From positions 1,302,001 through 1,366,000 of the forward strand of contig OZ287076.1 of NCBI GenBank assembly GCA_965645245.1: a stretch of DNA of 64,000 nucleotides. Direction: 5' to 3'. The notes under the pieces are model-generated. The model was given only the letters and a program-made list of their open reading frames with translations, did not search any database and was not told the origin of the DNA. A program made the translations under genes and the position numbers. The stretch is from Massalongia carnosa (taxonomy: Eukaryota). Positions 1-12,789 of the stretch are shown piece after piece; positions within the stretch are counted from its first letter, which is position 1, and every line of letters begins with the position of its first letter.

Positions 1-322
1 GAAAGGAAAGTGTATCAAAGAAAGAATGAAGAGCGTCAAAAGAGTTGATATCCCAAAGTTTTTTAAGTAGTAAATCCCAAATGGTGCGTCCTGGTATGCC
101 AGAGGCCAAACTGATAGTGGCCTTCTGGAAGCTATCAATTGAAGATGTGAAGTTACGGTATGGTGCAACGGCATCGCCAGCGCACAACGGCTCGATCGGC
201 AAAATGTGCGTGATCAGGAATGAAAGAACAGGAATTGTTGCGGCGGATGGTACAACGGATTCTGCATAGAGCGATATCAACGCAAGAAATCCTATCCTGG
301 ACGGCGTCAAGTAACGTGACAT
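1..322 (-). CDS. APC5: Anaphase-promoting complex subunit 5, 5' part (runs off window start)
   Basis: ATG at 322 opens a frame to the window edge, MSRYLTPSRIGFLALISLYAESVVPSAATIPVLSFL...SGIPGRTIWDLLLKKLWDINSFDALHSFFD, which I recognise as the N-terminus of Pezizomycotina Apc5. Not in the ORF track. Confidence 0.85.
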   Translation of the reverse strand, partial: MSRYLTPSRIGFLALISLYAESVVPSAATIPVLSFLITHILPIEPLCAGDAVAPYRNFTSSIDSFQKATISLASGIPGRTIWDLLLKKLWDINSFDALHSFFDTLSF

Positions 323-665
323 GATCTGGGTCTGACTGAAACTCGGTCGAAGGGAATGTTAAGGTAAGGTGAAGGTAAAAAGTATGCGAGGAGGAACTTT
401 CGACAGTAGGATGATATGATACATATTCTAGAGCGCTCTTACATAGGTGTCTAACCAAAACTGTTGCTTGGAATCTTGCTGCAATCTTTAAGTTGTTGAC
501 AGACGTTGGAACTGTCAAGGGGTATATGTGATAAGTTCAAGCAAAGCATCGACGGTACGGCACAACTAAATTAGATTTCTTAAGTATACACAATACTACA
601 CTATAGAGATTCAAAAAAGTCATGACCGTCCGGCTGATAATACGCCTTTGGTTCTATAAAAAGGG

Positions 666-1508
666 CTAGAATGCAGCGTCTTCCTCTCTATGCGTATCAG
701 CAGATCGCGCAGGAACACCACCCTTTGGTGTCGCCTCTGCTTCTTCAGCATCGCTGAGTCCGTTGGTTGCCCAGATCCGCCTGATGTCCAGGTCAAACGG
801 TCCTGGAACTCGATCAGTAAGCCCAATGCCTATCGTTCGGACTTTCTGCCTCAATATCTCAGTCTGAGGCTCAACAACAGACCCGTAATTCGTTCTGACA
901 AAGTCGCCCCATTTGATAAGCACAGTTTCCCATTCTCCCGGTCGCTGGACAAACAGCCGGTGCTGGTGTATGTCTGTGTACACAATAGACTCGGTCTGTA
1001 GATTGACCAGGTATTTTCTTCCATCAGACCTGACTCTTAGAGCGAGATAAGTGTAGGGATCCACATCCCACAAACTTTTCCCAAATATTGTAGCTCCTCG
1101 ATCATGGTTTCGCCACGCCGCATACCCAGTACGCTGCACTTGTGGGTTATTGCGGGGAAGTTCAATTGAAATGTGGCCATAAAATCGTGCGTGTGCTGGT
1201 TCGGAGAAGCTTTTCGGAATGAAGTCGAGGGAAGATTTTGAGAAGCCACCGATATCGGCATCTGACATGGTTTTACATGCTTCAATTGTGGAAGGATCAG
1301 AGAAGTCGATGAGCTCGTAGGGTGCTGTTGGAGTGCGAATCCCTTCTTGCTTCAATGCTGAGACGTACTAAAATCAGCAAAGGTCACGCGGATATGGAGC
1401 AACGACAGAAACCTCCGCAAGGAACGTACCAATTTTGGAAAGCCGTTTGAACTCATCTACACTTCTTTTGATAAAACCTAATGCAAGGAGCTGCGATGAG
1501 GGTCTCAT
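666..1508 (-). CDS. CIA30: Mitochondrial complex I intermediate-associated protein 30 (NDUFAF1 family)
   Basis: Exon 1 1508-1430 (MRPSSQLLALGFIKRSVDEFKRLSKI), intron 1429-1358 (GTACGT...GCTGAT...CAG), exon 2 1357-666 with MSDADIGGFS, RTGYAAWR, YLALRVRSDGRKYLVNLQTES, DIHQHRLF motifs. Confidence 0.92.
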
Positions 1509-2918
1509 AACGAGCCGCTGCCAGAGCTATCGTGTGCGCGTGGTCTTTACTCCCAATACAGAAGTGAACAATCCTATGCCAGGGTACTATTGGTTGCTCG
1601 TCGATAACGAAAGCCAAATTCTAGCAGTGACGTGGTTAGGTCCTACCTAACCGTATAAGTAGATGCTCAGACGTTTTATCTACCCGTTGAAAATAAGAGA
1701 GTGCTCTACGGATGATATCCCAACGACGTCGATACACACCCTACTATGTGGTTTACACTGGGAGATAAATGGCAACATTAGGTAGGTTCCTGAGGCATAC
1801 CATAGCCTATGAAAACCCTGTAACATCTGGAAGAAAAGGGTCACAATCTACGATATACATACTGCTGTACAAAAAATGCGAAGCCAACATCGGGATAAAG
1901 GTAACTGCGTCTTGGTTCATTTACTCTCTACTTGGTATCAGGGAGAAGGAGTACATATCAGGGAGAAGGATTCACAAAGCACCGATCGCATTATCTATCG
2001 TGGAACCTCCAAATCCTTTCGTGTGCCTTTAATCTCTCTCCAAAGAAAGGGACGGAAACGGATAGACCAGGGAGCCCCACATTTCACATTTCATGTGCAT
2101 GGACAGAGTTTCTTCATTTTAACATCATATGCTAATACTGCCCAGGTCCAGCAATCTTAAGTGGTTCTTTGTTCCCTAGTCACCCCTCGTGCAAATACTC
2201 TACTTCACTAAGCGACAAGCGCGGCCAAATGTTAACACTCCAGACGCGATAGACGCCTTAGCCTGTTCTAGCCTGGTGCAATATCCCTGCAACCTTGCCT
2301 CTGAGGGGAAGACAGGTTGGCTTGACGTTAGCACCGTCCATGAACCTACTTATCTTTTAGATCGAGTACTTGTGAAGAGATGGTGGCGACACCAGTAATG
2401 GCAGATAAAGCAAATTAAATTAGACTTTGCCCAGGCTCCACTTCTTTTGTGTACTTTGGATCCACTGTTGGGGGTAGCTTCATGCCAGCGATGAGCTTGA
2501 GAGCTGGTCCATAAGCCCTAGTCCAGAAGGGACGGCATCAAGAAAGAATATGCTACGTTCCCCTCACCCGAACGGTTCTACTAGAGTTGGGTATGGCACT
2601 ATTCTTGAATGAAACGGGCCCAAGAGGTTACACCATCAATGCCGGTCCACAAGTTGGCGTGGTAGTGGATGGGAACTGGTGGTAATCGAGAGCCTACATA
2701 AATGAGGCAGGGCCCCAGTTGTTCTTTCTTTCCTTCAACTTTCTTCTTTCTCCACCTTTCCATTAAAGCTTCCTGACAGCGGTTTCCTAAAACTTTCAAC
2801 CTAGTTCTTCAGCCTAAACTTGTCCTGGCAGCCTTTCAACAGAGAACATTCTCAACAGCTCACGCTCTGTCACTCCAGCTTAGATTTCGACTAAAGCTAA
2901 TCGTAGTGGATTCTTACC

Positions 2919-5384
2919 ATGTCTGAGTCTCCAGCAACACCGAACAAGCTCACCCAGGAAGGGGCCAAGCGCTATGCAAAAACTGCTGTCCCCTCTTTGG
3001 AGAAGCTTACTTCTGTATCCAGAGCGAAGCCGCCATCACTTTACGAGCCATCTCCTGCCAGTACTTATGGCGGTACGGCAGCCGGCGACAGTGTACCTGC
3101 GACACCAGTAGAGGCGCTTAGTCACGGTAAGTGAAAACTGGGTTCTAGACCATTGACTTGCGCGGTTTTCTAGTCTACGTGTTTTTGAGAGGTTTACTTT
3201 TCGTTTTTCAGAATTTTTATCACTACTGCATATCCGAGTCTTATTTCTACAGGAAATTACTTCGTTATCGTTCTTGTGAAACCAACTACTACTACTTCTT
3301 GCTTGTTCGCAAAAATCTTTCGAAGGTTTTACTAAGAACTTCAAGATCCCACTGTAGCCTTGATCCATTCGCTGCGAGCAGCGCAGATTGATGAATCCTT
3401 TGAGCAAATATCAGGCTCCCCTCGTGCTACTCGAGACGGGAAGTGTTACTCTCAGTCAGAGCAACGAGCAGATAACCCTCGCGGCAGCATCGTTATCGAG
3501 GTGTACTCTAGTCCAGCCAAGTCCAGTATTTCCGATGCTCTTCAAAAAGCGTCTGCTAATTCTTCACCAAACGCAAGCCGATACAAACGAATCGTCGAGA
3601 GCCCATCTTGGCGCCGTGGGGATCATTTCGTACGCCAGTCTGGAAATGAATCTGAAGATCCTTTCATCACCGGCATTAACGTTGGCCATTCTTCCAGCAA
3701 TGGTAAGGCTCTTCTGCTCTGCAATATTCAATTCCTTCAGGCTGATATTTCAGGCTCGGGAACCACGTTCCGTCCTCGCGAAGATCGAGTTGGGCTTCAG
3801 TTATCCCCAGACACAGCACAAGCTATCTTACCCCCTAATGCTTGCGTGTTTGTAGCCAAGTAAGCCTTCCTCCGATGATTAGAGTTAATTTCTAACACCA
3901 GCCAGTCTTTCTCAGACAAAGACAGATGAGCAGCTTGAATACTCTGTCAGCTCAGTGTTCCAGGCCTTTGGTAATGTCTACGTGAAGATTCGTCGCGATA
4001 GCAAGGGAATGCCATTCGCATTCTGTCAATACGAGGTAAGTCGTCCTTGAAAAAATATAACTTCCTTGCTAACAAACCTAGAACGTGGCGGATGCGCAAC
4101 AAGCCATCCTCTTGGGTCGAGGTATGCCCATTGATGGACGTGCGTGTCGCACTGAAGTTGCAAAGGTCAACCGTAAGTAAACAGTATTTCTTAGTTGAAT
4201 ATACTATTATATTAATGCGCATACTGCCACAGGATCGTTGTATCTCTCAAGAGTCACCGGCGGTCCAATCACCGAGTCTGAGGCCCGCCAGGTATTGAGC
4301 CGATTCGGCGCACTTGAGAAAGTCTGGTATTGCTCGCAAACCGACAAAGAGATGTTTCGACTCCCAGAAGGTGTTTGGGTTATGTTTGCTTTCTTCCAAG
4401 ATTGTCGCGATGCACAGGCTGTAAGATTTCTATTATGAGCTCTTCAACATTACTAAGGACGTTAGGGATTCCGTGACAATCCTACTTATCGCTTGGAGCA
4501 GCCACGAATGCCAGAAGATATCCGAGCTCGATTGGGAAGTCGTCCATTTCAGTCTCCGATATCTCCCGTTGTACGAGCAAGTCCTAGCCACGGCATATCA
4601 TCGCCGCAGTCAGCCATTCGACGTGCCGCAGATTTATGCTCGATCTTTGTAGGTAACCTTCCAGCAAACGCCGACGAGAATTCCTTGAGAGACGCTTTTT
4701 CTGTCCATGGTCATATTCACCAGATCGAGCTTGTACGGAAGCCATCTGTCAACGGTGAGATCCTACAAAGCATCTCCAATGTATAGGTCGACCTGCTGAC
4801 TTCTAATAGCCAATGGTGTAAACGCTTTCGCCTTTATTGAATACTTCAGCCAGGACGAAGCAGCAAATGCTGCTCGAGGTAACTACACGCTATTTGGCGC
4901 CCGCCTTCGGGTCGAACGCAAGGAAACTATCGATCCAGCCTCCCGCCGTGACGGCTCCATGCTGGCCGGAGGAAGCCCGCGCAATAGATATTTTACTGAC
5001 AATGAAGCTATGGCTCTTATGTTCCAGCGTGGTGTATCGATTGGTATGGCCAACGCAGCCGCAGCATCAGTAGCTCCGCCAGCTCCTGCATTACAGCCCC
5101 CAGCATATGGTCCGTATCCATACTATCCCCAGCCTGCATATGGCGGTCCATACATTGGTCCAGCCATCGGAGTCGAGAATGAAGCGGCACCTGCAGTCCA
5201 GCTCCACGGAAGCCCGTACATGCCTCCAAACTTAAGCCAATACCAGTATCCTCAAGTTGTTCCATCGTATGCACATTTCCCCCACATTCCAGCCCGACCG
5301 AATACATATCAATGGCCGCCAAGTAATGTTGTAGGTGAGGGTAACGGTGCATCTTCCGGTACTACCATTGAAGAGTCTCGCTGA
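2919..5384 (+). CDS. RNA-binding protein with three RRMs and a P/Y/Q-rich tail, Rim4-like
   Basis: Spliced model (introns ~3128-3357, 3702-3753, 3860-3905, 4036-4081, 4173-4232, 4421-4465, 4755-4809) reads without stops. PPNACVFVANLSQ...KIRRDSKGMPFAFCQY...GRACRTEVAKVNRSLYL resembles yeast Rim4 RRM1; third RRM SIFVGNLP...FAFIEY. Confidence 0.8.
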
Positions 5385-6738
5385 AAAAGTATGTTTTTAT
5401 CCTGACAGTACGGCTTTTTGTGCTTCGGCTGACATCCTTGAAGTAGTATCGAGGCGCACAAAGGTAGACGTCGCCGCTGAAAGAGAGTTTGCCTCTCCTC
5501 CGCAGAAGCTTCAGTCCTCGGGGTACCTTTACATGTAATCTTTGTAACATTTTGCCAGTTTTGTGCTCATGGGCTTCAAGTTACAGTCGTCTCGCAAGCT
5601 CTACAGATAGGCCAGATGGAATATGGCGGTCTCTTAATTGGTTCGCTTTTTCGATCTGGCCATTTACGTCTTTAGTTCTGTGCGTGAGGTCTTAGATATT
5701 TGCAACATATGCTAGAAGTCAAGTATCAAAACAAATGTAGCTTGAGCCTCAGTTCCCAGATCCACAAAACCCATTTACAAGTGAATGGTGAGATTAGCAA
5801 CCAAAGTGACGTAGTAAAAGTAGCGGAACAACTCCGTGAGGGTGATCGGTCACGTGTATCCATGCAATGATCAAACCATTCCTCTAACTAATCGTCGGCT
5901 AGTCTCTCGCTTACCTCGTGCCGATTTGAGGCGTTCGCCTCTAGTCGGGGAAAGCAAAGTTCGGCGGAAAGCAAAGTTCGTCTTTTCAACTTTTACACGC
6001 AAAAAATCAATCAAATAACGATGGGATTTTTTTTCTACAAAGATCAAGCATGAAAAGTGTTATAATAGTAGTTATACTAATAATAACCCAACTGCTCCTG
6101 AACATCATCCTCGTCGCTGTCGTCGACATCGTCGCCTACTTCCTCTTCCATTTCAAAGGCAACGAAGTCTTTTGTTGACGAATAGAATCACCTTCACCTA
6201 TAAATCGTAGGTTTTGATCACCTACAGTATCCATGATAAAGATAGTCTCTGTCTCTTCCTGTTCATCATTGAATATATGAGTAGCTTTTACTCCTTTCTT
6301 CGTCTTTTTTTTGGTCTCTTCTGTCTGCCAAGTAATGTCGCTCGCCTTCCAAATGGCCTCAGGATCATCAATTGGAGTCAACATTTCATCGGATATGCTA
6401 ACTCCCTGTTTTGCGAGGTCTTTAATATGTTTTATTCTGATCATTTCATTCTTTCGAGCGATAACACCTCCGCGTGTACACTATCTCTTTTCATTCGCCA
6501 TATTCTCATGAAGTTGTTGTGCTCTCGTTTCTTTTCTATCTGCTCATCTTTTTGCTGTCTTTCAACAATTGCTCGTTGCGCATCCTCCTTCGTGAGTCCT
6601 AATCCTCCGTCTGTCGAGTAATTAGGTCTTAATCGCTTGCGAGAAGTTGCTCTCTGTAGTAATTCATTGCTTCTTCGCTCATGATGAAGTGACAGTTCGA
6701 ATTTCGTAAGCGTCGATTTGGCAACAACTTCCTTCGTA

Positions 6739-8466
6739 CAGTCAGATCGGGTTATAAGAAACTCCAAAATCGTAGCATCTAGGTTTCTTATTAGGCGAGG
6801 TTTCTAATATCAAAATTCTTGGCATATTTTCAAGACTATACCTATCGACTATCTAATGACAAAGAAATCCGTCATTACAGCTTGCCTAGAGCTTATCGCC
6901 ATTTAGGTCTTGGTATCCCACTCTTTACGATTCAGACGACGTATCAATTCATCGTCACCGACCTCTCGTTGCTCCTCATATAACCGTAACGTTTCAAGAG
7001 CTCGTAGAGCGTCCTTGTTTTGGACACGTGATACAATGACCTCCTCCGTCTCGTATTCCCTTTCATGGCCATCATATATAGCAACGATGTGATCCTCCAA
7101 ATCCTCTTCGGTATCCTCTACCACCTCTTCAACAGGGTTCAGAAATTCGCCAATACGCATGGCGCTTTGTATATGACCACGGTCTTGCAAACGCCGTATT
7201 GTAGCTTGCATCTATAGTCGTTGCTCCGTTTCTTGCTCTTGCGCCCGAGTCTCATTGAGATAGCCATATTTCTCTGCCTCTTCTCGAGTCATTGGCCCAT
7301 ATTTTGCCCCGATTACACGAGATTTCAGTCAACCTTACGACTTACGTTGTCATTAAACCAGCGTAAATACTCCCGAAATATATCGCCCGACATCCAAGCT
7401 CTGCTGTTACTGCGTCATATCATATGCAGGTTACAAGCGTGAACATCCTGTGAACTAAAGGCACGCAGATTTTTGGCCGTCCCAATTATTGGAATTTGCC
7501 GAGATACCTGAATATTTGCGACCGAGGTTCTTTTGCCTCCTGCTTACTAATTTCCAGTTTAGGCAATCATATGCTATATGCGAAAAGCTTCAGATATCGG
7601 CACGACTTCGGCAACTACGAGGAGGCAAAAGTATGCAGCAAGAATGCTACATTTCGGAGGCAATTCAGCTGTTCATGATCACTGAGTGTCTCGGTGTCTC
7701 CGGTCAGCAACGAGGTGTATTTTGCCCAGCTGAAAAGGTTCAAAGGAAGCAGGTTCATGCATTTGATATAGGCCGAGATGGAGGCCCTCAAGCAGTATAA
7801 AGAGACGATGATTCCTCATGTAATTTAGCTATTCAGTCGTTCAGAATTCAGTGCAGCAGATAGCTAAATTTGGAGTATCTTCACTGGAAATACGGAGTAC
7901 CTGCATCACGTTTGCCAAGCACTTCTCTTTGCCTATCCTTGATAGCCCTAGACCCTCTTCTCCTGCATCCCGCTGCCGTATGCCTGGTTGATTTTTTGTT
8001 CAACACCAATGAATCATATGAGAAGCTTGTGAGTTCCAGTAGCATTGCAACAGAAATTTGCAGTAATTCTCGCTTTTTCCACCTTGCCGCCTGGGAGCTG
8101 TTCCGTAGCCAATGTAGTGCTGGTAGCCTTCCAAAATAACGCAGTTTCATCCACGTTGTAGATATCTTCCTGATCGTATGATAATAGCTGTACCAGTATT
8201 GCCTTTTTTCTGCTTCTCTCTCTGAGAGAAAACGGGGATGTAGGACGTTTTCGAGGATTTCGAGATAGAGTCTCCGGATTTTGACTATTATATCTCAAAG
8301 AAGTCGAAGGAGAAGTTATATTTACTATAAGAAACCACCGCAAAATTTTTAGAGAAAGTTAAGAAACTTTCTAATAGAGCGAGGTTTCTTATCCCTCACC
8401 AGAAAAAAACCGGTCTTTTCGTCCGGGTTTCTTACTAGCCGAGGTTTCTTATAACCCGATCTGACT
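6739..8466 (-). mobile_element. Tigger/CENP-B-type pogo transposon remnant nested in the Fot1-like element
   Basis: TIR CAGTCAGATCGGGTTATAAGAAAC at 6739 and its reverse complement at 8444-8466. Peptides DIYNVDETALFWK...RITANFCCNATGTHKL and GTAKNLRAF...AWMSGDIFREYLRWF. Confidence 0.82.
7487..8005. mobile_element. Solo LTR (519 bp)
   Basis: TATTGG (probably mutated TGTTGG)...TTCAACA, with 5-bp TSD CCAAT at 7482-86 and 8006-10. Removing it rejoins the transposase (FIG|TAKNLR). A second, fragmented copy lies at 60002-62145. Confidence 0.85.
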
Positions 8467-9809
8467 CACGAATTCCTCTAACTCCTGTTCCCGGACTGGA
8501 TCACTCTATTGTGTATTATCGCGAATTTTGGGTAGCCATTCAAGTAATCCTCTTTCAACATCATCAAACGTTTTCGGTTGAACTCGTGGCAATGTTGGGA
8601 GAGATGATATTGGAAAAGAAGAAGAATTATTCTCACTTTGCGAAGGTACAAACTTCTTTAGCTGTTCAGTGCATTTCTTCTCATTAATAGGCCACATTCC
8701 AGATTTTTCAAAGGCAGATTGAATAGTGGATTTCTTGAATGTGTTATCGTATTTTGGTGAGATCTTGACAAAATCGAGTTATTGTATACTCTACATTGAA
8801 CTCCGCAATCGCATCTTGAATGGCCACATCATGCCAATGTTTATAAGGTTGAAACACTCCTACATCAAGCGGTTGCATACAATGCGTCAAGTGTGGTATC
8901 AAAGGATAAGGACGAATCCGGTTTTCATTGGCAAGCTTGATGAATTCAGGAGTTACATGAATACCGTGATTATCCATGAGCATCAACTTCCAATCACTCT
9001 CAGATCCTGCATCAGAATTTTCAATGTAATGTTGCAGATATGCAATCGCTATTTTATCCGATATGAACCCATTTTCTGACGAAACAATTCGAGTTCCTTT
9101 AGGCAGTTCATCTGCAAACCAATTGCTCATCATATCATGACCTTGTATGACAAGTAAAGGAGGTGGCGGATAATCACCGGCGGCGTTTATATTCTCGAAA
9201 ATGGTGATAAACTTTCTATTCTCAGGACTAATAGAATAATACTCCTTTACATCTGTTGGAACCAAAATTTCATGTCCCTTCATGCAGCCAACTCGAAAAC
9301 CAGCCTCATCAAAATTGATGATATTTCGTTTATTCTTGATATTCAGCTCTCGAAGAAGCACCCGATAATCAGCGAACCATGCTTTAACGTCCTTCACTTG
9401 TCCCGCCGTATAGCGAACGACTGCTGGCGGTTTAGTCTTAATCTTATGTAAATGGTTGGATTTCCACCATGTTCTAACCCATCGCTTAGTAGGACCTTTA
9501 TAATCAGCATTCTGACTTCGCTTCAGACTCTTGATCGCGTTGAATATCAGTTCATGCGTCGGTTGAACACCATATGTAAGTAACGAGCGAATGAACTCAT
9601 GTATTGCTTTGATCTGATACTTCTCCAATATCTTATTATGTCCTCCTCTCTTCTCGACTCAATTCGACGCGCTGTTTGAGCAAGTGAACTTTGTAAAGTG
9701 GTACGAGGAATGTCAAATATGCGAGCAGCGCATATCTTGCTTTCAAGTGGATTTTCTATTAGAAACTGCTTAGCATCATTCAAACGCGTTGACAGTATCA
9801 TTACAATTC

Positions 9810-9875
9810 ATGATAATGATGATGATGATAATAATGATAATGATAATGATAATGATGATGATGATGATGATGATC
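9810..9875 (+). repeat. (GAT/AAT)n microsatellite in the transposon 5' region
   Basis: tgataatgatgatgatgataataatgataatgat... seen directly. Confidence 0.95.
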
Positions 9876-10163
9876 AATAATGAAATAGTTGATTTAGTCA
9901 AAGGCGTCGTGTTGATGAAATGGAAATAAAATTGCGAAAAGACGAACTTTGCTTTCCGCCGAACTTTGCTTTCCGCCGAACTTTGCTTTCCCCGACTAGA
10001 CGGCACGAGGTATGTAAGCGAGAGACTAGCCGACGATTACTCTGGTTATGAGTCCATCGAGACTCACCTGCTTGCTCATAACATGGGAGTTTATCCGCTT
10101 TGGCGATAAATCATTGAACGTAAAGATTCATATACTGCTTCCAATTAACAGCTCTCACTCGAT

Positions 10164-12565
10164 ATGGGCCAACCATCGTTTCAAGCATCTAATGCTATCA
10201 TTTATCTAACCTACGGCTTCTTTTTGTATAGTTCCTGTACTGCTGGCATCTTTCAGTTACTGGCGCTGATACCCTAATCTAGATTCACCGGCCTTTATAT
10301 TGCCTGGTGTTGGAGAAATCAATCCAAATCAGAGTTTCTGGCATCCAATCGTACTCAAAAGGGTTAGATACCAATGGCCTCTAGTTCGAAGGAGCCGGCG
10401 AGCTTTTTTCAAGTCCTTTACTATAAATCTGCTCGGGTAGCAACTAACGTTCAAGCAGCTTTTCCTCTTGCGCTGAATTTCATTGCATCGGGTGAGTGCA
10501 TCAATGGTTCCGCAATCAACATGTGAAGCGGCAGCATACGGCAAGCGGTGGAAGAACCCGTTTGTGACCATAATCGCAATGGATTGAGGCATGTACGGGA
10601 ATAGTGCCTTTGAGTACGGAGTATCAGAAGAGGGAGGGCGACATGATCAGGTTCGTATTTGCAGAATCAACGCATACCAACGTCCAAGGCCACTTGCATA
10701 GCTGAGCGCTTGAGCTATTCCAAGTCCTCTGCAATGTAAGTCGGCATTGGGAAGAGGTGTTGCGCGGCTTCACTACGGGCGCCGATTGTGGATAGGCGTT
10801 GCGGATCCAACTCTAAGTAGCGTTGCTTAGAGAGATTCACAAACTTCTATACACAGAAGCTGAGATTGTACCGTAAATACTCGATCAAGTTAATGCTTGC
10901 GTGGGGAACGTGCTGCCGCTTCTTCCCTTTTCTCCTTCCAAATATTCAGGAGCGCTGACTGTAGGTGATATATCGGCTTGCGTAGCTCTTGGTTCTGGTA
11001 TTCTGTTTTCTTACCCCGAAATCTCTACAGTTGCTGGCGTTCAGGGCTTGATCGTTTACGCTTTATCGTCTTCGCTGCCGCTTATGCTCTTTGGGTTCCT
11101 TGGACCTATCATTAGGAGAAAGTGCCCTGAAGGTTTTGTTTTAACTGAATGGACACGGCAAAGATACGGCGTTGTGACTGCTTTGTACTTGAGCCTTTTA
11201 ACGTGAGCTGAAGCCGTGTGTATTATTCTTTCAGTTCTAATTTACAGATCGTCCTTTATAGGCTCGTCACGCTTTTCCTTTACATGGTGGCCGAGCTTTC
11301 GGCTCTTCAACAGATCATCAATGCTTTGACGGGGCTAAACGGGCTCCCGGCGGTGATAGTTCAGTGCGCTGTCACGACCATCTACACATGTGAGATTAGC
11401 TTTAAAAGTTTAGCATAATCTTTCTAATCGCTCGTTTAGCTCTGGGAGGGTTTCGTATTTCCTTCATCACTGATAACATCCAAGGCGCTATGGTTGTGGC
11501 GCTCATCATAATAGGCGTCATTACCGTCGGGGTGGAGACGCATATAGACCGAAGCCTGGTGGAGTCTTCAGGCCTCTTGGATTCTACCCTACTTGGCTGG
11601 CAGCTGATATATATATTGCCCGTTGCAGTACTGACAAACGACTTTTTTATCTCTGGTTTCTGGATGCGTACCTTCGCATCGAAGACAGATAAAGATTTGC
11701 TTATTGGAACCTCAATCGCAACCGTGGCTGTTACTTGTATTCTCACGCTTGTCGGTGTAACCGGGCTGCTTGCAGCTTGGACAGGAGCCTGGCCAGGTAA
11801 TCCACCACAAGAGGGTAGCATTGCGTTCTTCTTACTATTGGAACGACTGCCGGCGTGGGTGGTTGGACTCGTGCTTGTAATGACAGTGTCTCTTAGCACT
11901 GCCGCTTTTGACAGTTTGCAATCTGCTATGGTGTCTACTGGAAGCAATGATTTGTTTCGCAACAAACTTAATTTTTGGTGGATTAGATTAGCAGTGGTAT
12001 TGATCATTTTTCCTGTCATCGTGGTTGCCCTCAAGAGTCCTAGTGTCTTGCAAATCTATTTGATCTCTGATCTGGTTAGCGCTAGTTCCATTCCCGTTCT
12101 TGTTATTGGGTTAAATAGCAGGTGCTATTGGTGGCGTGGGTTTGAGGTGGTTGTTGGGGGGTTGGGCGGGTTGCTCTCTGTGTTTATCTTTGGAACGATC
12201 TACTACGGTAATGCGCAAAACGGAGCCAATCTCATGCTCTTGGAAAATGGACTGTACGCGGATGACTGGAGTGCTTTCGGTAAACCGTTTCTTTATATTA
12301 CGTTGACCATGTCGTGGCTGACGGCCCTATAGGCGCGTTTGTTGCAGCCCCTTTCGGTGGCCTGCTATGGGGGCTGGGTGCTTTTGCTCTACGTGTTGGC
12401 TGCCGGTGGATTCTGGCGAGAATCAAGGGGAAAAGATTTGACGCCTTAGATCGTCCACCGTTTGTCGCCCCGGCGTCCTTTCTCGGCGAGGAGAGATCAT
12501 TACCCGAGGGCCATGAGTCTGCACATTATCCAGAACCATTGCCCATTCAAGGCAAGTTCTTTTAA
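10164..12565 (+). CDS. Sodium:solute symporter (Dur3/Dur31-like) transporter, probable NCU01977-type thiamine-related transporter
   Basis: ATG 10164 MGQPSFQASNAIIYLTYG. Introns ~10226-10282, 10363-10458, 10493-10985, 11203-11261, 11390-11440, 12280-12332. Many hydrophobic helices (LNFIASALGSGILFSYPEI, GGFRISFITDNIQG, GFWMRTFASK), ending QGKFF. Intron 3 carries a TPP aptamer. Confidence 0.9.
10764..10919 (+). promoter_or_regulatory. TPP (thiamine pyrophosphate) riboswitch aptamer in intron 3
   Basis: Core GCTGAGATTGTACCG...CTCGATCAAGTTAATGCTTGCGTGGGGAA. P2 TACGG/CCGTA, P3 TTGTGGAT/ATTCACAA, P5 CAAG-TTAATG-CTTG, P1 GCGGC..CAC/GTG..GCCGC. Confidence 0.93.
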
Positions 12566-12789
12566 GTAACGAGCACCAATCGACGAGGCCGCAAACTGGC
12601 GATAGTGAAAGGTTGGGACGAGATTGTAAACACTGCTCGGTACACCTGGATCATTTTATCACGCACATTCATTAAACGGTTGTCAGGCTGTAGTAGGGAG
12701 CGTACATATTAATGAATGTTTCAAGTGGCAGGATCCACAATTAAGAGATTCATTGCCTTTCCTTACGTAGCGACTTTGTCTTCGATGCT

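Larger units (their letters stand above)
5891..10037 (-). mobile_element. pogo/Fot1-like DNA transposon (degenerate), interrupted by a nested element
   Basis: Inverted ends ATCGTCGGCTAGTCTCTCGCTTAC...CTAGTCGGGGAAAGCAAAGTTCGGCGG, flanked by TA at 5889-90 and 10038-39. Transposase pieces 9801-8506 (NFDEAGF, LMLMDNHGIH, QPLDVGVFQPYK) and 6767-6136. Confidence 0.9.

Noticed and set aside
153..518. 121-aa ORF
   Set aside because: Wrong-frame shadow of APC5, which starts at 322.
1520..2900. Short ORFs between CIA30 and the RRM gene
   Set aside because: No recognisable domains or coherent splice model; probably divergent promoter and UTR sequence.
9698..10006. Poly-Ile and poly-Asp/Asn ORFs
   Set aside because: Translations of the GAT/AAT microsatellite and TIR.
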